A stretch of DNA of 64,000 nt from positions 186,001 through 250,000 of the forward strand of contig NW_020845097.1 of assembly GCF_003704095.1 (NCBI RefSeq), written 5' to 3'. Numbering within the stretch: the stretch's first letter is position 1; each line of letters starts with the position of its first letter. The notes beneath the pieces were generated by a model. It searched no databases and was not told where the DNA came from. It saw only the letters and a program-made list of their open reading frames with translations. The DNA comes from Pocillopora damicornis (Eukaryota). A program made the translations under genes and the position numbers. Shown here one piece after another: positions 1 to 12,107 of this stretch.

Positions 1-1484
1 TGCAATTTATCTAAAGTTCTCTACACGGTTAGACCAGTTTTCTTTCTTCTTGAATATTTTGCGTCGCAGCAACAGGTTGTTTAACAGATAGGATGAGAGT
101 CAGTTTGGGTGGCAATAATTCAAAATAACAATTGACTTAAAAGTAAATTCAATTAGGGTCGTTTTCGCTCATTACTGAGTGAAGGAGCGAAGTGTACTTT
201 TCCCGCCTTAGTCCGTTTTTCTTTCGATTGATTTTGGTAATAAATGTCAAGTTTATATCGCTTTTAATTACTTCTTATATAATTATAGCGGACGTTTTCC
301 ATCTGTTCTGGTAACCTCTGTCAGTTGTATAAGGATCAATATCGATTGTAATTGCGCAATTGTATCAGAAAGAGACCGCGAAATTTCCACGAGTGATCAT
401 GGTGACATATCACCTAATATAGCTTTCCTTATGAATTTGGATTCATATAATGACGCACGTGAAAAAATTGTGTCTTAAATGTGTGATTCGAAGGTGATAT
501 TGTAAGAAGAAATTAGATGCCAGTCACAGTTAGGTGCAAAAGGGTTAAGGATCGATCAGTGGTTAGATCAAAGGTACGTTTTAGACTACTAGAAATAGGT
601 GAGCCATTCAGTGAGATCACTCAAGCGCATTATTTCATTGTATGAAGTTTAACTTGGTAACAACTGTTGCTGTGAATAGACCACTACCAACGAAAGGGTA
701 ACATGTTAACATCTTGACCCGGAGTGCTCATTAAAGCCAACCACTTAAGTCANNNNNNNNNNNNNNNNNNNNNNNNNNNNNNNNNNNNNNNNNNNNNNNN
801 NNNNNNNNNNNNNNNNNNNNNNNNNNNNNNNNNNNNNNNNNNNNNNNNNNNNACTGTAATCCTCGATAAAGTAATCAAGACCCGCGAACGTTGGTAAGCA
901 ATAACTAGTTTTGCGATTATGTTATCTAGCTCGTAGTCGTTACACAAAGTAAAATTTATCGCTCGTTTTTTACCTTTCCTTTGATCCCTTTAATTGCCAC
1001 GTGCTCGTTTCCAAAATCGAGATTATTCTTAAGCTATAATCATAATACTTAGGTGATTTCTTTACCTAATAATTTCAGTTGACCGCTTCGATATAATAAC
1101 GCCCCGAGGAATAGGAAAATGCGCGTGTATCAACCCGGGAATCGAATTTACAACTCTAGCTTGAAAGGAAACATTTACAAACTGAACCACCAGAGACAAT
1201 TCTCAATGAAATGTCTAAAGCCATTCTTGATTGCATTGGTTTTGAGTCACTACGTTCCGCGGTTTTCTGGAAAATTTCGTGTTAACTGTTTGAGCAATGA
1301 GATGCAAAACTAAAACTACCAACAACTGGGTCGCTCTTGTTTTTCCGCGCTTAAGGACTTTTAAATGCTTTCACTGAGTTTGTCTCAGATCCTTGCGTTA
1401 ATTTTCCATTTCCTGATTGGCAATTATAGTTACCTTAGTTGTATTTTTACGACTTTTGAGAGACAATTGTTTTCACCCAATTAC

Positions 1485-2769
1485 CTTCATCCCTGATCGT
1501 TGAAGACAGAGGTATCCCATCGGGTTGGCTTATGTCCACTGTGACCCTGTCTCCTCCTTTACACCTTTTGCCATGTCGATCCTTGGTTGTCAGCCGGAAA
1601 GTTGTCTCCATTTTGACACGCGCAGTATGGATCCCATCTCCGCTAGCGTATGAGATCGAGGCAAAAGTGCTACTTGCCCGGATGCTCCCGAGTGACTCCG
1701 ACACAGTCTTCGTTGTGGCTGGATCGTGAACATATTGAATTGTGTCATCTTCTTCGGGCTCGAACTGAATCTTTACACCATTCAAGGATTCTAAGCGCCC
1801 TTTCATCTGCAGAACCTCCACTTCGTTGCCGAACTTTAAGACGTTGTCAGCAAACTCGCAACAGCCTGCAAGCTTTCCCAGTTCCAACTCAATACTGTCC
1901 TTTTGCAAGCCCAACACTTTCTGTTTCCCGTCATGAATTTGATCCAGGTGCTTTAGGAGCTCGTTTTGACCCTCACGTAGTGTTTCAATTCGTGCCTGCA
2001 CGTTCTCGCTGATTTCCTTTGCAATTGCTTCTCTACACTCCGTAAGCCTTTTTGACATTTCTTGCACTCCGGACAGCGTTTTCTTCAATTCAGGTATGCG
2101 TATCTTAGCTTGTTCTAGCTGCTCTGCGATGGCACCCCTTCTGGCTGGTAAAGCCTCCTTAGGGTAGACGTACTGGTGCTCTCGGTGCTCTAGAATTGTG
2201 CAAACACGACAAATGGCTTCATCGCACGTGTTGCAAAAATACTTGATGACATTCCTAGTGTGGTACTTGCAAAACGATAGGCTATATCTATCCAACTCTT
2301 GACTCTCCTGCTGACCTTCATCTTCGATTGTGGCAATTATCCTATGGTCGAGTGTGGAATGGGCCCGCTTGTGCTCTGCCACGCAACTCGTGCACAAGTC
2401 CTTCTTGCAGTCCACGCATCGTGAAGTGGCCAAGTCCGCTGTTTTCTCGTTTTCACAGGCTTGGCATTTATTCTCCTCGCGTATTTCTTTCTTCAGCTCT
2501 TCCGATTTCAAGTGAACCAGATCCAGCATTTGATTCACAAAAAAGTTTGGCATTAGCATATCGACTCCTTTGTCCGGGATCGGGGTCTCTGCGCGGCATG
2601 TGGGGCAGGTAATCAAGGATGACGGGTGATTATTGACGATTCTATGCAAACATTGTGAACAGAACGTGTGCAGGCATTTTAGGAACACCGGAGCAGTCAG
2701 GCGATCCAAGCAAATGGCGCACATCAGCTGCTCGTTGATCTGTTCGATAACCCTAACAGCGGAAGTCAT
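1485..2769 (-). CDS. TRIM2/TRIM3-like E3 ligase, first coding exon (RING, B-box, coiled coil, N-part of filamin repeat)
   Basis: C3HC4 RING (CAIC...CLHTFCSQC...CPTCR), B-box 1 (CQAC...CVDC...C..C..EH), B-box 2 (CKYH...FCNTCDEAICRVC...HREH), helical coiled coil, and a filamin start (ASGDGIHTA...FRLTTKDRHG...GGD). Donor GAAG|GTAA follows 1485 (phase 1). A probable 5'UTR acceptor (ttttcctgttag) lies at 2792-2793. Confidence 0.92.
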
Positions 2770-3072
2770 GGTGTCTTTCTAAACTTGAAACCTAACAGGA
2801 AAAAGAAATCCTAATGAGTTAAAGAGGGACGACAGNNNNNNNNNNNNNNNNNNNNNNNNNNNNNNNNNNNNNNNNNNNNNNNNNNNNNNNNNNNNNNNNN
2901 NNNNNNNNNNNNNNNNNNNNNNNNNNNNNNNNNNNTGATCTTAACCAACAACATTCAGCCGAAAGACACGGTTTACCTCAAAGCTTTTTCACTTGTAAAC
3001 TCTATACGGAAGTGTAATTTCACAACCACTTCCTTGTTAGACTAATCGAGTAATTAATCGTTTCTGTTACAG

Positions 3073-4055
3073 GAGATGGCACCTACACTGTGACTTACAT
3101 GCCAGAAGTGAATGGTAAACATGAAGTCTCTGTCGCTATTCAGGACAAGCCGATCATGGGAAGCCCCTTCACTGTGCTTGTTGTCAACCGCCGAGAATAT
3201 GCCGACGTTGGCCCGACACTTCATCGATTTGGACAGTATGGCAGCAAAAAGCGCGAGTTTAAATCCCCTTTCGGCGTGGCGGTTGACAACGAGAGCTACA
3301 TCTATGTAGCCGATAGCTATAATCACCGGATACAAATATTCGGTCCACGGGGAGAATTCGTTTCACAGTTTGGTTCTCATGGGGAACGCAAAGGAGAGTT
3401 TAACTGCCCGACGGACGTCGCTCTGGATAGTAAGGGAAGAATCATTGTCTGTGATAATGGCAACAATAGAATCCAGGTCCTTAGTCGGAATGGCGCATTT
3501 ATCGGAAAATTTGGCCGTGAGGGTACGGGAAACGGTTACTTTAAATCCCCCTGGGGGGTTGCGACCTCCCGAAAGAATGATATCCTAGTTGCTGACATGG
3601 AGAATCACCGGGTGCAAGTTTTCTCTTCCGACGGGAAATTCTTAACAAAAATTGGCTGTTTTGGCGATCGTGCCGGGCAGTTTAACTCTCCGTGTTACCT
3701 CCTTGTCAATCCGGAAGATGACCATATATTCGTTTCTGACTCCAAAAATCATCGCATCCAAGAGTTCGACAAAAATGGGAAGGTTCTCCGCCAAATTGGA
3801 TCCCAAGGAACTGGAGAGGGGCAGTTTTCACATCCCCGTGGGTTAGCCATCGATATCGCCGGTAATCTCGTGATAGCTGACATGGGAAATCATCGTTTGC
3901 AGATATTGGCTGCTAACGGTAAGTTTGTAAAGGAGGCTGGCTCCGAGGGTAGCGGAGACGGACAGTTGTCTTTTCCAGAGAGCGTTGCGATAATGCCAAA
4001 TAGCGGATACATTGTTGTGTCAGATCTTAGCAATAACCGCATTCAAGTGTTTTAA
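3073..4055 (+). CDS. TRIM2/TRIM3-like E3 ligase, last coding exon (C-part of filamin repeat + six NHL repeats)
   Basis: Acceptor tttctgttacag at 3071-3072. Reads (G)GA-DGTYTVTYMP...PIMGSPF, completing a filamin repeat, then NHL repeats (F..P.GVA...V.D..N.RIQVF) to TAA at 4055. Confidence 0.92.
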
Positions 4056-6599
4056 ACGAGAAACTTCATATTAACGTAATAAACTCTAAGCTGTGCGGAG
4101 AATGGCTCGTATATTCAACTTTACGGCTTAACTGTAAGGGAACGTTATTGTTTTTTTTCCCAAGCAAAACATAAGGTGCTACCAACGCTTCCTTCCTATT
4201 AGATGAAAATCGGGAAATGATTAGATTCATCGTTTCCCTTTTTGCTGTGACCATATATGATGTGATGTGATTCTACGCGGTAAACGTTCAAGAATAGATT
4301 CAAGAATGAATCATTTCACAATTGAAAAAAACAAAAAGAAAATAAAACAAATCGGTTTAAAAAATGTGTAAAGAAATGAACCTTAAAACTATAAGTAAGT
4401 TAAAAGTGATCCTTTTGTGTATATGATATATGTTATTTATAATGAATACAAAGCGCTTTCGATTGAGTGTCACAATACAAAACCAAAGTAATCTTAAGCA
4501 GCAAATGAGAAGTCAGAGCAAAACCAGGCAAAAGGGAAATTCGAGTAACCAAATTGCGATAATTATTACAAGTGTTGTATGAGATTGGCTGCGAAGTTAT
4601 CTAATGAGAAGTTGGTTAATAAGTTATTAAATAAAAATATGGGTAAATTAATAGATATATGTAATTTTAACTGCTTCTCTGATCTTCATATCTATTTACG
4701 TGTCGTTCGATTTCTTTTTGGTATGGTTAACTGAGTTCAATACTTACTATTATACGAATATCTCATTGTTGTTTATTAAAAGTTTTATTGCAAGTAATGT
4801 GTCGTTACTAAATTAAATTCTGTGTTCCAAAAATTTTATTACAAAATGTTGTAAAAAAAAAAAATAAATAAATAAAAAAAGTTAGTGTACAATTAAAATT
4901 TAGCACATTTAGATGACACTTCATATAGAAAGTGAAATTAACATCATCTTGATAGTCTGACCGAACAATATCATCAATATTATACTCACATTTTGTATGC
5001 AGAGTTTATTTTGTTAAGACTATTTACATGACAGTTAAGTTAAGTAAAATATATTTAAAATTCCAGATGTGAATTGAATCACCTAAATTGTAGTTAATGA
5101 CAAATAATTTGGGTTGTCTGGCACCAAACTTGTAATTATGATCTCTATCAGTAAGGTGAATTGCCAATCTTTCTAGTATAGACAAGACATATACTGATCA
5201 GGTGTAACCCAGCAAGTATGTATACTCTATATGAGCTAATAAATGTAGAGGATCAATAAAGACATCACTTCCAACGAAAAATTTATTCAGTCTTGCTCTC
5301 TCTCTAACTCGTATGCGTGATTGGCACGTCAACCTCTCGTTTTCCTAGATTGACTGTTCTTTTCAGTATCTCGATGTGCTACCTTTACCTAGAATTTTGA
5401 TGTTATTAATTGTAGGTCTCACAACTGTTCAAAGCTGGGTTTCCTTTGTCCTTCAAGTGCACGTACACTATCGAACGTAACAAAATTGGAATACTTCTCT
5501 AAGTCTACGTTCTTTCGCCTCACTCTCCCTTCCAGTGTTGTCAATTGCCAACGTGTCTGTGCCATCCTGCAGACCAACATGGAGAGGGGCAGAGCGGGGG
5601 GAGGGGCACTTAGTGTCCCAACAAATTTGTCCGTCAAATGTTCCTTCACTTGACGACTTGACATTTCATTACCTCGGGATGGTGACGTCAGTTTACACGC
5701 CTCAGTCATAAGGCCCAATGACTACATACTTGAGATAAAATACTTACTTGTTTTTATTCTGATTCCATGTCATAGGCGAACGGACCGAGAGGTGTCCAGG
5801 TCTGCTAATTTCCTGAGGGGATTGACGGTATGTAAAGCGCGACGGGCTCGATACCTCGTCGTTGGATTTGAGCTGTCTTTGACTCGTGCTCGCAGCTTCC
5901 AATTTGGAATCTAAATGATTCAGAGCACCATGTGGTCGTAAAATAAAAAATTTGACACAAAAACATATCTAACTTCTGAAATGTATACAAAAGTTTCGAG
6001 ATAAAAGCCATTTTCAGACCATTGAGCCACCTTAAGTGTTGCGGGATTAACACACCTCAAAATCTCGAAGGAGTTTCACGAACATTTCATGCCACAAGGG
6101 GACCGACCTCTCGGAAGGCTTGGAACTGAGAGCGCGGGATTAACCCTAACACTATATTACCTTTCGAAAGTAAAACAACCAAACTTGAAAACTATTTCAA
6201 ATCTTGCTTTTTTATACCAATCAAAACAAATCCAGAATCGTTACAATGATTTCATAACTTCGTTCTACGGACACATGAACTCTTCAGCGTACAAACATCC
6301 AATATGGATAACTCAAGAAAGAATCAATCCCAAAAGGAAAACGATGTGCATTTCTTAGAAAGAAATTTCATTCCGTATGAGCGGCTAGAGTGAGGTCACA
6401 TTAAAGTGTCAATAGTGTGGAATATTTCTTTTTCTCTGTCCCAGAGAAATTTATTTAGAGATCATTAAATCAATGTATGACTACGACTACGAGTTCAAGA
6501 CGGCGGGACACAACAGTGGCCGTCAACAGTAAAAGGAGAGTTTTTGCGAAAATTGCGTAGCCTTAAAAACAAGATAACCAATACAGGAACCAGAAATAT

Positions 6600-6795
6600 T
6601 CAATTTAGTGTCGAAGTAATCAAGGATTACATTAGTTTTACTTGTGTACGCTCTGTGATTGATCCAGAAACTTTGCGCCACAATCTGAACCAATCAGATC
6701 TAAAATCAAAACCAAATCAATCGCGATTTTGTAACTCGCGTTTTCCCGCGCTTTGAGCAGCCTGCTTCCTTTTACTTTAATTCTCATTGGCTCAT
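6600..6795. repeat. Dispersed short repeat family (ttttcccgcgcttt...ttctcattggct)
   Basis: Related segments at about 1335-1445 and 7540-7655, and inverted at about 4453-4590. Confidence 0.4.
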
Positions 6796-7679
6796 AACGA
6801 ATAGAAGAGTAAATTCCCCTAATATTTCGCTTTTAGCTCGAGTATTAATCTCAGGGTCGTAGTCACACTCGTCCGTGGAGCTAAAGGTCTCGTTTAATTC
6901 ATCTTCTGAATATTATTTCCCTCTTGCACTGTACATTCGCAGTTACACTGTTCGGCAAATATTGCCCTCACAAAGCGCCTTTGAGGCGATGGAAGAAGAA
7001 ATAAACTGAGACGATGATTTGCCTATTACACGTACATGTAGTTGAGGCCAAACGAATTGATTGTGCAGGCGCTTTTAACTGTCTGAGTAAATAACTCGCG
7101 GGACAATCTTGCCCCGTTTGCAGTTGCCACGCCAGGATCAATGAACGTCTAAAACGATTGCTACTCGCCATTAAGGTGTGTGTGCGCGAGAGCCGTTAGG
7201 CGGTAAATGGCCCCAGTTGGATGCAGGCGAGAATGGAAATGGATTCTATTCTGTCAAATTCAGACTTTTCTCTGCATCGCTGAAAAACATAAACCAAAAA
7301 ACAATGTGAAGAAAAAGCTTAAATCGTGGTAGGCTGTACAGCCCTTCATAACATAGCTCACAAGAGAGTTTTTTTTTCCTGTAAATTCATTAACAACGAA
7401 AGAGAGACGTTTTCAAGTCCAGCATAATCGGAATCTGTTTGCGTATTCTGGTAGGCAGAAGTGACTATGAAAGGCGGGAACTACTACGAAATGATAGAAA
7501 TTGAGCAAGATAGGTAAAGTACTTTTTTAGCAAACGAATCGCATTTTCCCGCGCTTTGAACTAAGGTGCATACGTAATCCACGTTGTTAATGGTTATTTG
7601 GACCTTACGTTCTCATTAGGTGTTGGGACTACAATAGTTTTGGTACCACGATTCTTAGGAGCTCTATGGTCTCTCGCAC

Positions 7680-8038
7680 TTACTTTGGAAATCCGAGGCG
7701 TGACACGATTTCTCGCACATTTCTTATGAGTCCCTCATTTTCTTGCGGCGAGTCCAGTATAACTGAATACAATCTGGTCATATATGAGTCAATAGTATCT
7801 AATGTAGGAACCTCGTTGGTGCCAGGAAGTACCAAGTTCGCAAACGCTTGCACAAGGGCTGTACGAAGATTGCTCAGATGATTGAGTAACACCATGTTGG
7901 CATTTCGTTGTTGATTTGTCTCCATTTCTATTTTTTCTATCGCTTGTTTTAAGCTCTCTACGTGTTTGGAGGTGAGTGAATTCTGTTCTTCAAATTCGGT
8001 GGCCGCTTTGCGAAGCTGTCTCAGTTCGTCTTCACGCA
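7680..8038 (-). CDS. HMG20A: HMG20A/B-like protein, last exon (coiled coil, REDELRQLRK...)
   Basis: REDELRQLRKAATEFEEQNSL...KHVESLK...LPGTNEVPTLDTIDSYMTRL matches the HMG20 C-terminal region. Acceptor ttttag at 8040-8039, phase 1, compatible with the upstream exon. Confidence 0.9.
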
Positions 8039-8115
8039 CTAAAAGAATAAGATTGAGGAGAGTTCACAAAGCATTCGAATGATGAAGATTACATTTACTG
8101 TACCATGAAGAATGG

Positions 8116-8252
8116 GGATCAATATCAGTATCTGGGCAACTGCCCACCTACCCCTCCCCTAACCCAACAACAGTCTATTGATAACAAGTTAGGGTTAATG
8201 TTAGGTTAGGGGAGGGGTAGGTGGGCAGTTGCCCAGATACTGATATTGATGC
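8116..8252. mobile_element. MITE with ~45-bp terminal inverted repeats and an 8-bp TSD (hAT-like)
   Basis: atcaatatcagtatctgggcaactgcccacctacccctcccctaacc and its reverse complement ending at 8250. Flanked by the direct repeat AAGAATGG at 8108-8115 and 8253-8260. Confidence 0.8.
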
Positions 8253-8261
8253 AAGAATGGC

Positions 8262-8472
8262 TCAACCCTTTAACTCCTAACATCTGATTGTTAATTCTCC
8301 CCTGTAGCTACTACACATTTCCTTGTAAATTAGTCACAAGAATTTAGTGTTAGATCAAGATAACAGTTTCTACCTTATAAGATTGAGTATTTTCATCACC
8401 TGTTTGCTGGATAATGTTGCACAATGTTGGGAGAAGTTACATGTTAATCGCTTCTGGGAGTTAAAGGGCTAA
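8262..8472. mobile_element. piggyBac-like non-autonomous element (TTAA|CCCTTT ends), degenerate
   Basis: Ends tcaaccctttaactcc ... ggagttaaagggctaa. The internal sequence is shared with copies at 11884 and 60665. Confidence 0.6.
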
Positions 8473-8500
8473 TACGTATCTGGAAGCAATGGTCTCATGG

Positions 8501-8675
8501 TTAAACCTTTACACTCTAACATCAGTATGCAGATTCTCCATACTGTTCTCTATACATTTCCTGAAGCAATAAGTTGGTGATCATTTCCTCGAATCTTAAT
8601 GACCTAATGTTTAATTCAGGGGTGATAATGTAAGGAGAAATTAGACGCTGGTCACTCTTGGGGTTAAAGGGTTAA
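8501..8675. mobile_element. piggyBac-like non-autonomous element
   Basis: ttaaacctttacac ... gttaaagggttaa, with TTAA at both ends. Confidence 0.6.
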
Positions 8676-9218
8676 CGTAGGAACGTCAGGATTGTGAGGT
8701 TTGGGTTCAGGTTCGCACAGTGTTCAGGTCATTGTGATGAGTCATTGCGTTGTGTTCTCAAAGTGGGCATAAATGGATACCAATGAACCATAAGCGACAT
8801 TTGAAGAAATACAAGGAGAGAGCTCGTGATGGATTACCATTCCCTCTTAAGGGAAGTAGTAATACTTATGGTCGCCTTATACTCCAAAACCGTGAAAGAT
8901 CCGGTGATACTGGAAAGGATTCAATAATTTTTGATGGGGCATGGGGGGGAGGGAGGGGGGGAGGTTCAAAATTACTTCTCCATGAACCCACGCTTCCCCC
9001 CCCCCACTTCCTTAATCTGTGGTTACACAAATACAAATCTGCCCGCTGAGTGTTAACATGCGATCCTGTCATTGCAAATCTTGATGTCAGACAAGCAGTG
9101 AAAACCCTCACAAGTCAAATGGGGGAGGGGAGGGGGGAGTTTGGACACCCCGGATCCTCAGTCTGGATCCGCTTTTGGTGACCCACTTGGCTTTAGCTCT
9201 ACCATATGGTGTACATAC

Positions 9219-9404
9219 TTTCATTGTGTTTAAGGAACTCTTCCGTGAACACGGGAGCGTTAAATCCAGGTAATTCTTCCTCTTCTTCACTTTCGTTTAA
9301 CTTTCCAGACACTGTCAGTTTGTGCTTACGACCAAGAATGTGTTCTCTCTTGTTATGAAGGTTGTTAAAGTACTGATTGCAGGGTTTGCAGTAAAGATCG
9401 TCTT
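9219..9404 (-). CDS. HMG20A: HMG20A/B-like protein, internal exon with matrin/U1-type C2H2 finger and the F.xPVFTEEFL motif
   Basis: Not in the ORF track in this frame. Manual translation gives DDLYCKPCNQYFNNLHNKREHILGRKHKLTVSGKLNESEEEEELPGFNAPVFTEEFLKHNE. Donor A|GTATG follows 9219. Acceptor tgtgcag (phase 1) at 9406-9405, with an alternative acceptor 10 nt upstream. Confidence 0.85.
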
Positions 9405-10091
9405 CTGCACAAAGCTATAACGAAGAATAAATAGTAAATAAACAGGCAATCCATTCTCTGTATTTCGTAATACTGTGTTACGAAACTGCCGTACAGACGT
9501 GAAATGAGAGTATTTGAAGTCGCCGTGTAACCTTGATTGTTCTAGTTCGATACAGAAGACGTGAGCCAGGAAAACTTAGTCTAGTAAATGAAATTGCGGC
9601 TCTTTTCGATAAATTTTCCAAGGAAAAAAAATTGATGAAATGACAATTTATTTTTCTGATTCACTTGCTGTTTTTACGAAGTCCTAACGCCCAACATGAT
9701 AGGAACACATTAAAAAAGGCAACGGAAAAAGTCACACAGAGAAAGAAAATATTTTTTTTGTTGCTGTAGTAATTAATTTTTTTCCCGAACATAGGCCACT
9801 AGAAACGAGAAACATGTCTTCGACTTACTTCAATTCCATTTGATAAGCCATCTAGACTGTCAGAGTTCTCCAGATCTGTAAGAAAACCAATACGTAATGA
9901 AATGTCGAGCTGTTGCCCATACTAACTGGATGCGACAGAATGTTATTGATATCGTATTCAGTTGAGTAGGATGCTCTGTATTCAGCCTAACGTTGTCTGA
10001 GGAAATCGAGATCAGAGCAACGGAGCACTGAAAAGAGCGTGAACTGAAACGAGAAAAACGTGCCACGACATCAAAGAAACAATACACTTAC

Positions 10092-10209
10092 TTTTTCTTT
10101 TCCGTTCCGCTTGCTTCTTCAAAAAGTTCTTATAAGCATCTGTTTTTTGGTATGCTTCTAATTCCATCATGTATCTTTCTTTATCTTTCTCTGCTTCATC
10201 TAAATATCG
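10092..10209 (-). CDS. HMG20A: HMG20A/B-like protein, exon encoding HMG box helix 3
   Basis: Translates to RYLDEAEKDKERYMMELEAYQKTDAYKNFLKKQAERKRK. Acceptor tttccag, donor A|GTAAGT. Confidence 0.9.
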
Positions 10210-10962
10210 CTGGAAATGGAAAAAAATCTGGCTGCAGTAGACACAAAGTTAATCTAAATGTTTGCATTTGAGCTCTGAAATACAATAGAAAGACCTGGTT
10301 GGGGTTTAAAGCAAGGCCTTTTGTAGAATAGTTTAGTACATTTACCGTTGGCCACTGGTAGTAATTGAGAACAAACTGCCAAGGGAGGTTTGAGCCTGAA
10401 TATAGGCTGCAAAGGTGCAGGTTATTGTCTCTATTATAGGGCCCAGCTGGCTAAAAATGGAATAAAAGCAACAGCTTTCCACAGGTTTGGGAGCAGGAGG
10501 TACCATGGCCAAAATAAGTGACAACAGGTTACAGCAAACAAGCATGTTAACAAAGTAGTGGAGTGTTATCATGGTTACATAAACCCTTTTTAGAAGACAG
10601 AAAAGGGGTGGCAGCAGTCTGTTTCTCAGGAAATATTTTGTTGTTGAACCAAGAAGGTTAAGATGAAGGCAGTGGTTGTTAGACATTAAATTCTAAATAT
10701 TTTTAAGAGAAGTGTAAAAAAATGTTAACAAGAGGTAGTTGGGTGAGTGAAGCCAAAAAACTTCTTGTGTGAAGGAAGCAAATGTGCATATTAAATAGTT
10801 TGGTATACTAATAGTTGAAATGTGAAAGTCATAATGATTAAAAAATAATATATTTTGGGTTCCCTTTCCTTTCTTTGTCATCCTGAAACAAAGGAAATAC
10901 AAACTTTAATGTATAATTTGGAGCCATATCAGAATCTAGTAAATATGTCTGAACAAACATAC

Positions 10963-11184
10963 TTGTTTTTCTTCTGTAGACAGTTTACTCCACTGAGCAC
11001 CAAGTAGTTTTGTAACTTCTGGGAAATTTAAATCAGGGCGCTCCGCTCTGACCTTTTCACGCTGTTCATTAAGGAACCTCACATATCCAGTTAAGGGTGC
11101 CTTTGGTGCATTGCTGTCTCGGAATGTTTTACGACGTTTCTTTCCCTTTGGCCAGCCTCCTTTCTTTTTCTGAACATACATGTA
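10963..11184 (-). CDS. HMG20A: HMG20A/B-like protein, exon encoding HMG box helices 1-2
   Basis: [13 protein letters not shown]...[52 protein letters not shown] is diagnostic of the HMG20 family. Phase 0 boundaries are atacag and GTATG. Confidence 0.93.
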
Positions 11185-11883
11185 CTGTATGAAACAATAA
11201 CAACAACCAATTAATGGCCAAGTTTGACCATGACACTAAAAAAGTCTACAAACCTGTCTGCAGAGTCCTAAAAAAAGAGACCTTTCCCCTTCCCCTGGTC
11301 ATTGCTGCTTTAAAAAAAAAATTTGATATTTCAAAATTCAGCAAAGATTAAAGACTTCAACAGGAGGCTATGGAAAATAAACAGGAAAGTCAAGGTCTAT
11401 TCCTCATGAACCTTGTATCAATGTCTGTTTTTTTAATGCTGAATTTTAAAATATTGAAATTAGGCAGTAGATGTGCTGAATATTTACAATACAACAATAC
11501 AATTTTTATGGGCCATTCATAGAGAGATAGGTGCTTTACATCCTCAAATGAGTAAGTTTATAATCCTTGTTAAAAAAAAAAAAATCTTAAAAAAATTCAT
11601 GGATATTACTAAGAGATAACAGAAAAAGGTCTAAAATTATCTCAATCACAATCATATGAACACATTAGGTTGCTGGTCCCACAAAATTTTTTGGCTATAA
11701 AAAAGAGCGATTGTGCTTTTAATAATAGTAATACACTATAGTTGAGATGCAAAGTCTCACCAATTATGTGAAAAAAAATTGGGACTTTAAACTTATGTCC
11801 CAGGTGTTTTTGGAAACATTTTCTGGATAAAACATAATCAAGGTAAACTTTTTATGTCCAAGAAATGTGAAGCAGGGAATGTA

Positions 11884-12095
11884 TTAACCCTTTCACTCTC
11901 AAGATCAAATTAGTAATTCTCCTTACTATCTGCCATACAATTCTTATGATGTTAGTTCAGAGAATTTGGTATTGGATCAAATAATAATCCCATGATTGAT
12001 ATTCTTCTCTATTCTCATCACCTGCCTGCTTGATATTGCATTGATATTGTAAGGAGAAATTCTGTCTTGGTCACGTTTAGGAGTGAAAGGGTTAA
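11884..12095. mobile_element. piggyBac-like non-autonomous element
   Basis: TTAA-ccctttcactc ... gagtgaaaggg-TTAA, a clean inverted termini pair with a TTAA target. Confidence 0.75.
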
Positions 12096-12107
12096 AAGAT
12101 ATCTCAC

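Noticed and set aside
1532-3846. Short ORFs overlapping the TRIM exons
   Set aside because: These are antisense or alternate-frame shadows of real coding sequence.
5419-5718. 99-aa minus-strand ORF
   Set aside because: No recognisable domain and no consistent exon chain.
6140-6150. TAACCCTAAC, resembling a telomerase RNA template
   Set aside because: It is followed by AT-rich sequence with no visible pseudoknot or H/ACA structure, and a 10-mer is expected by chance.
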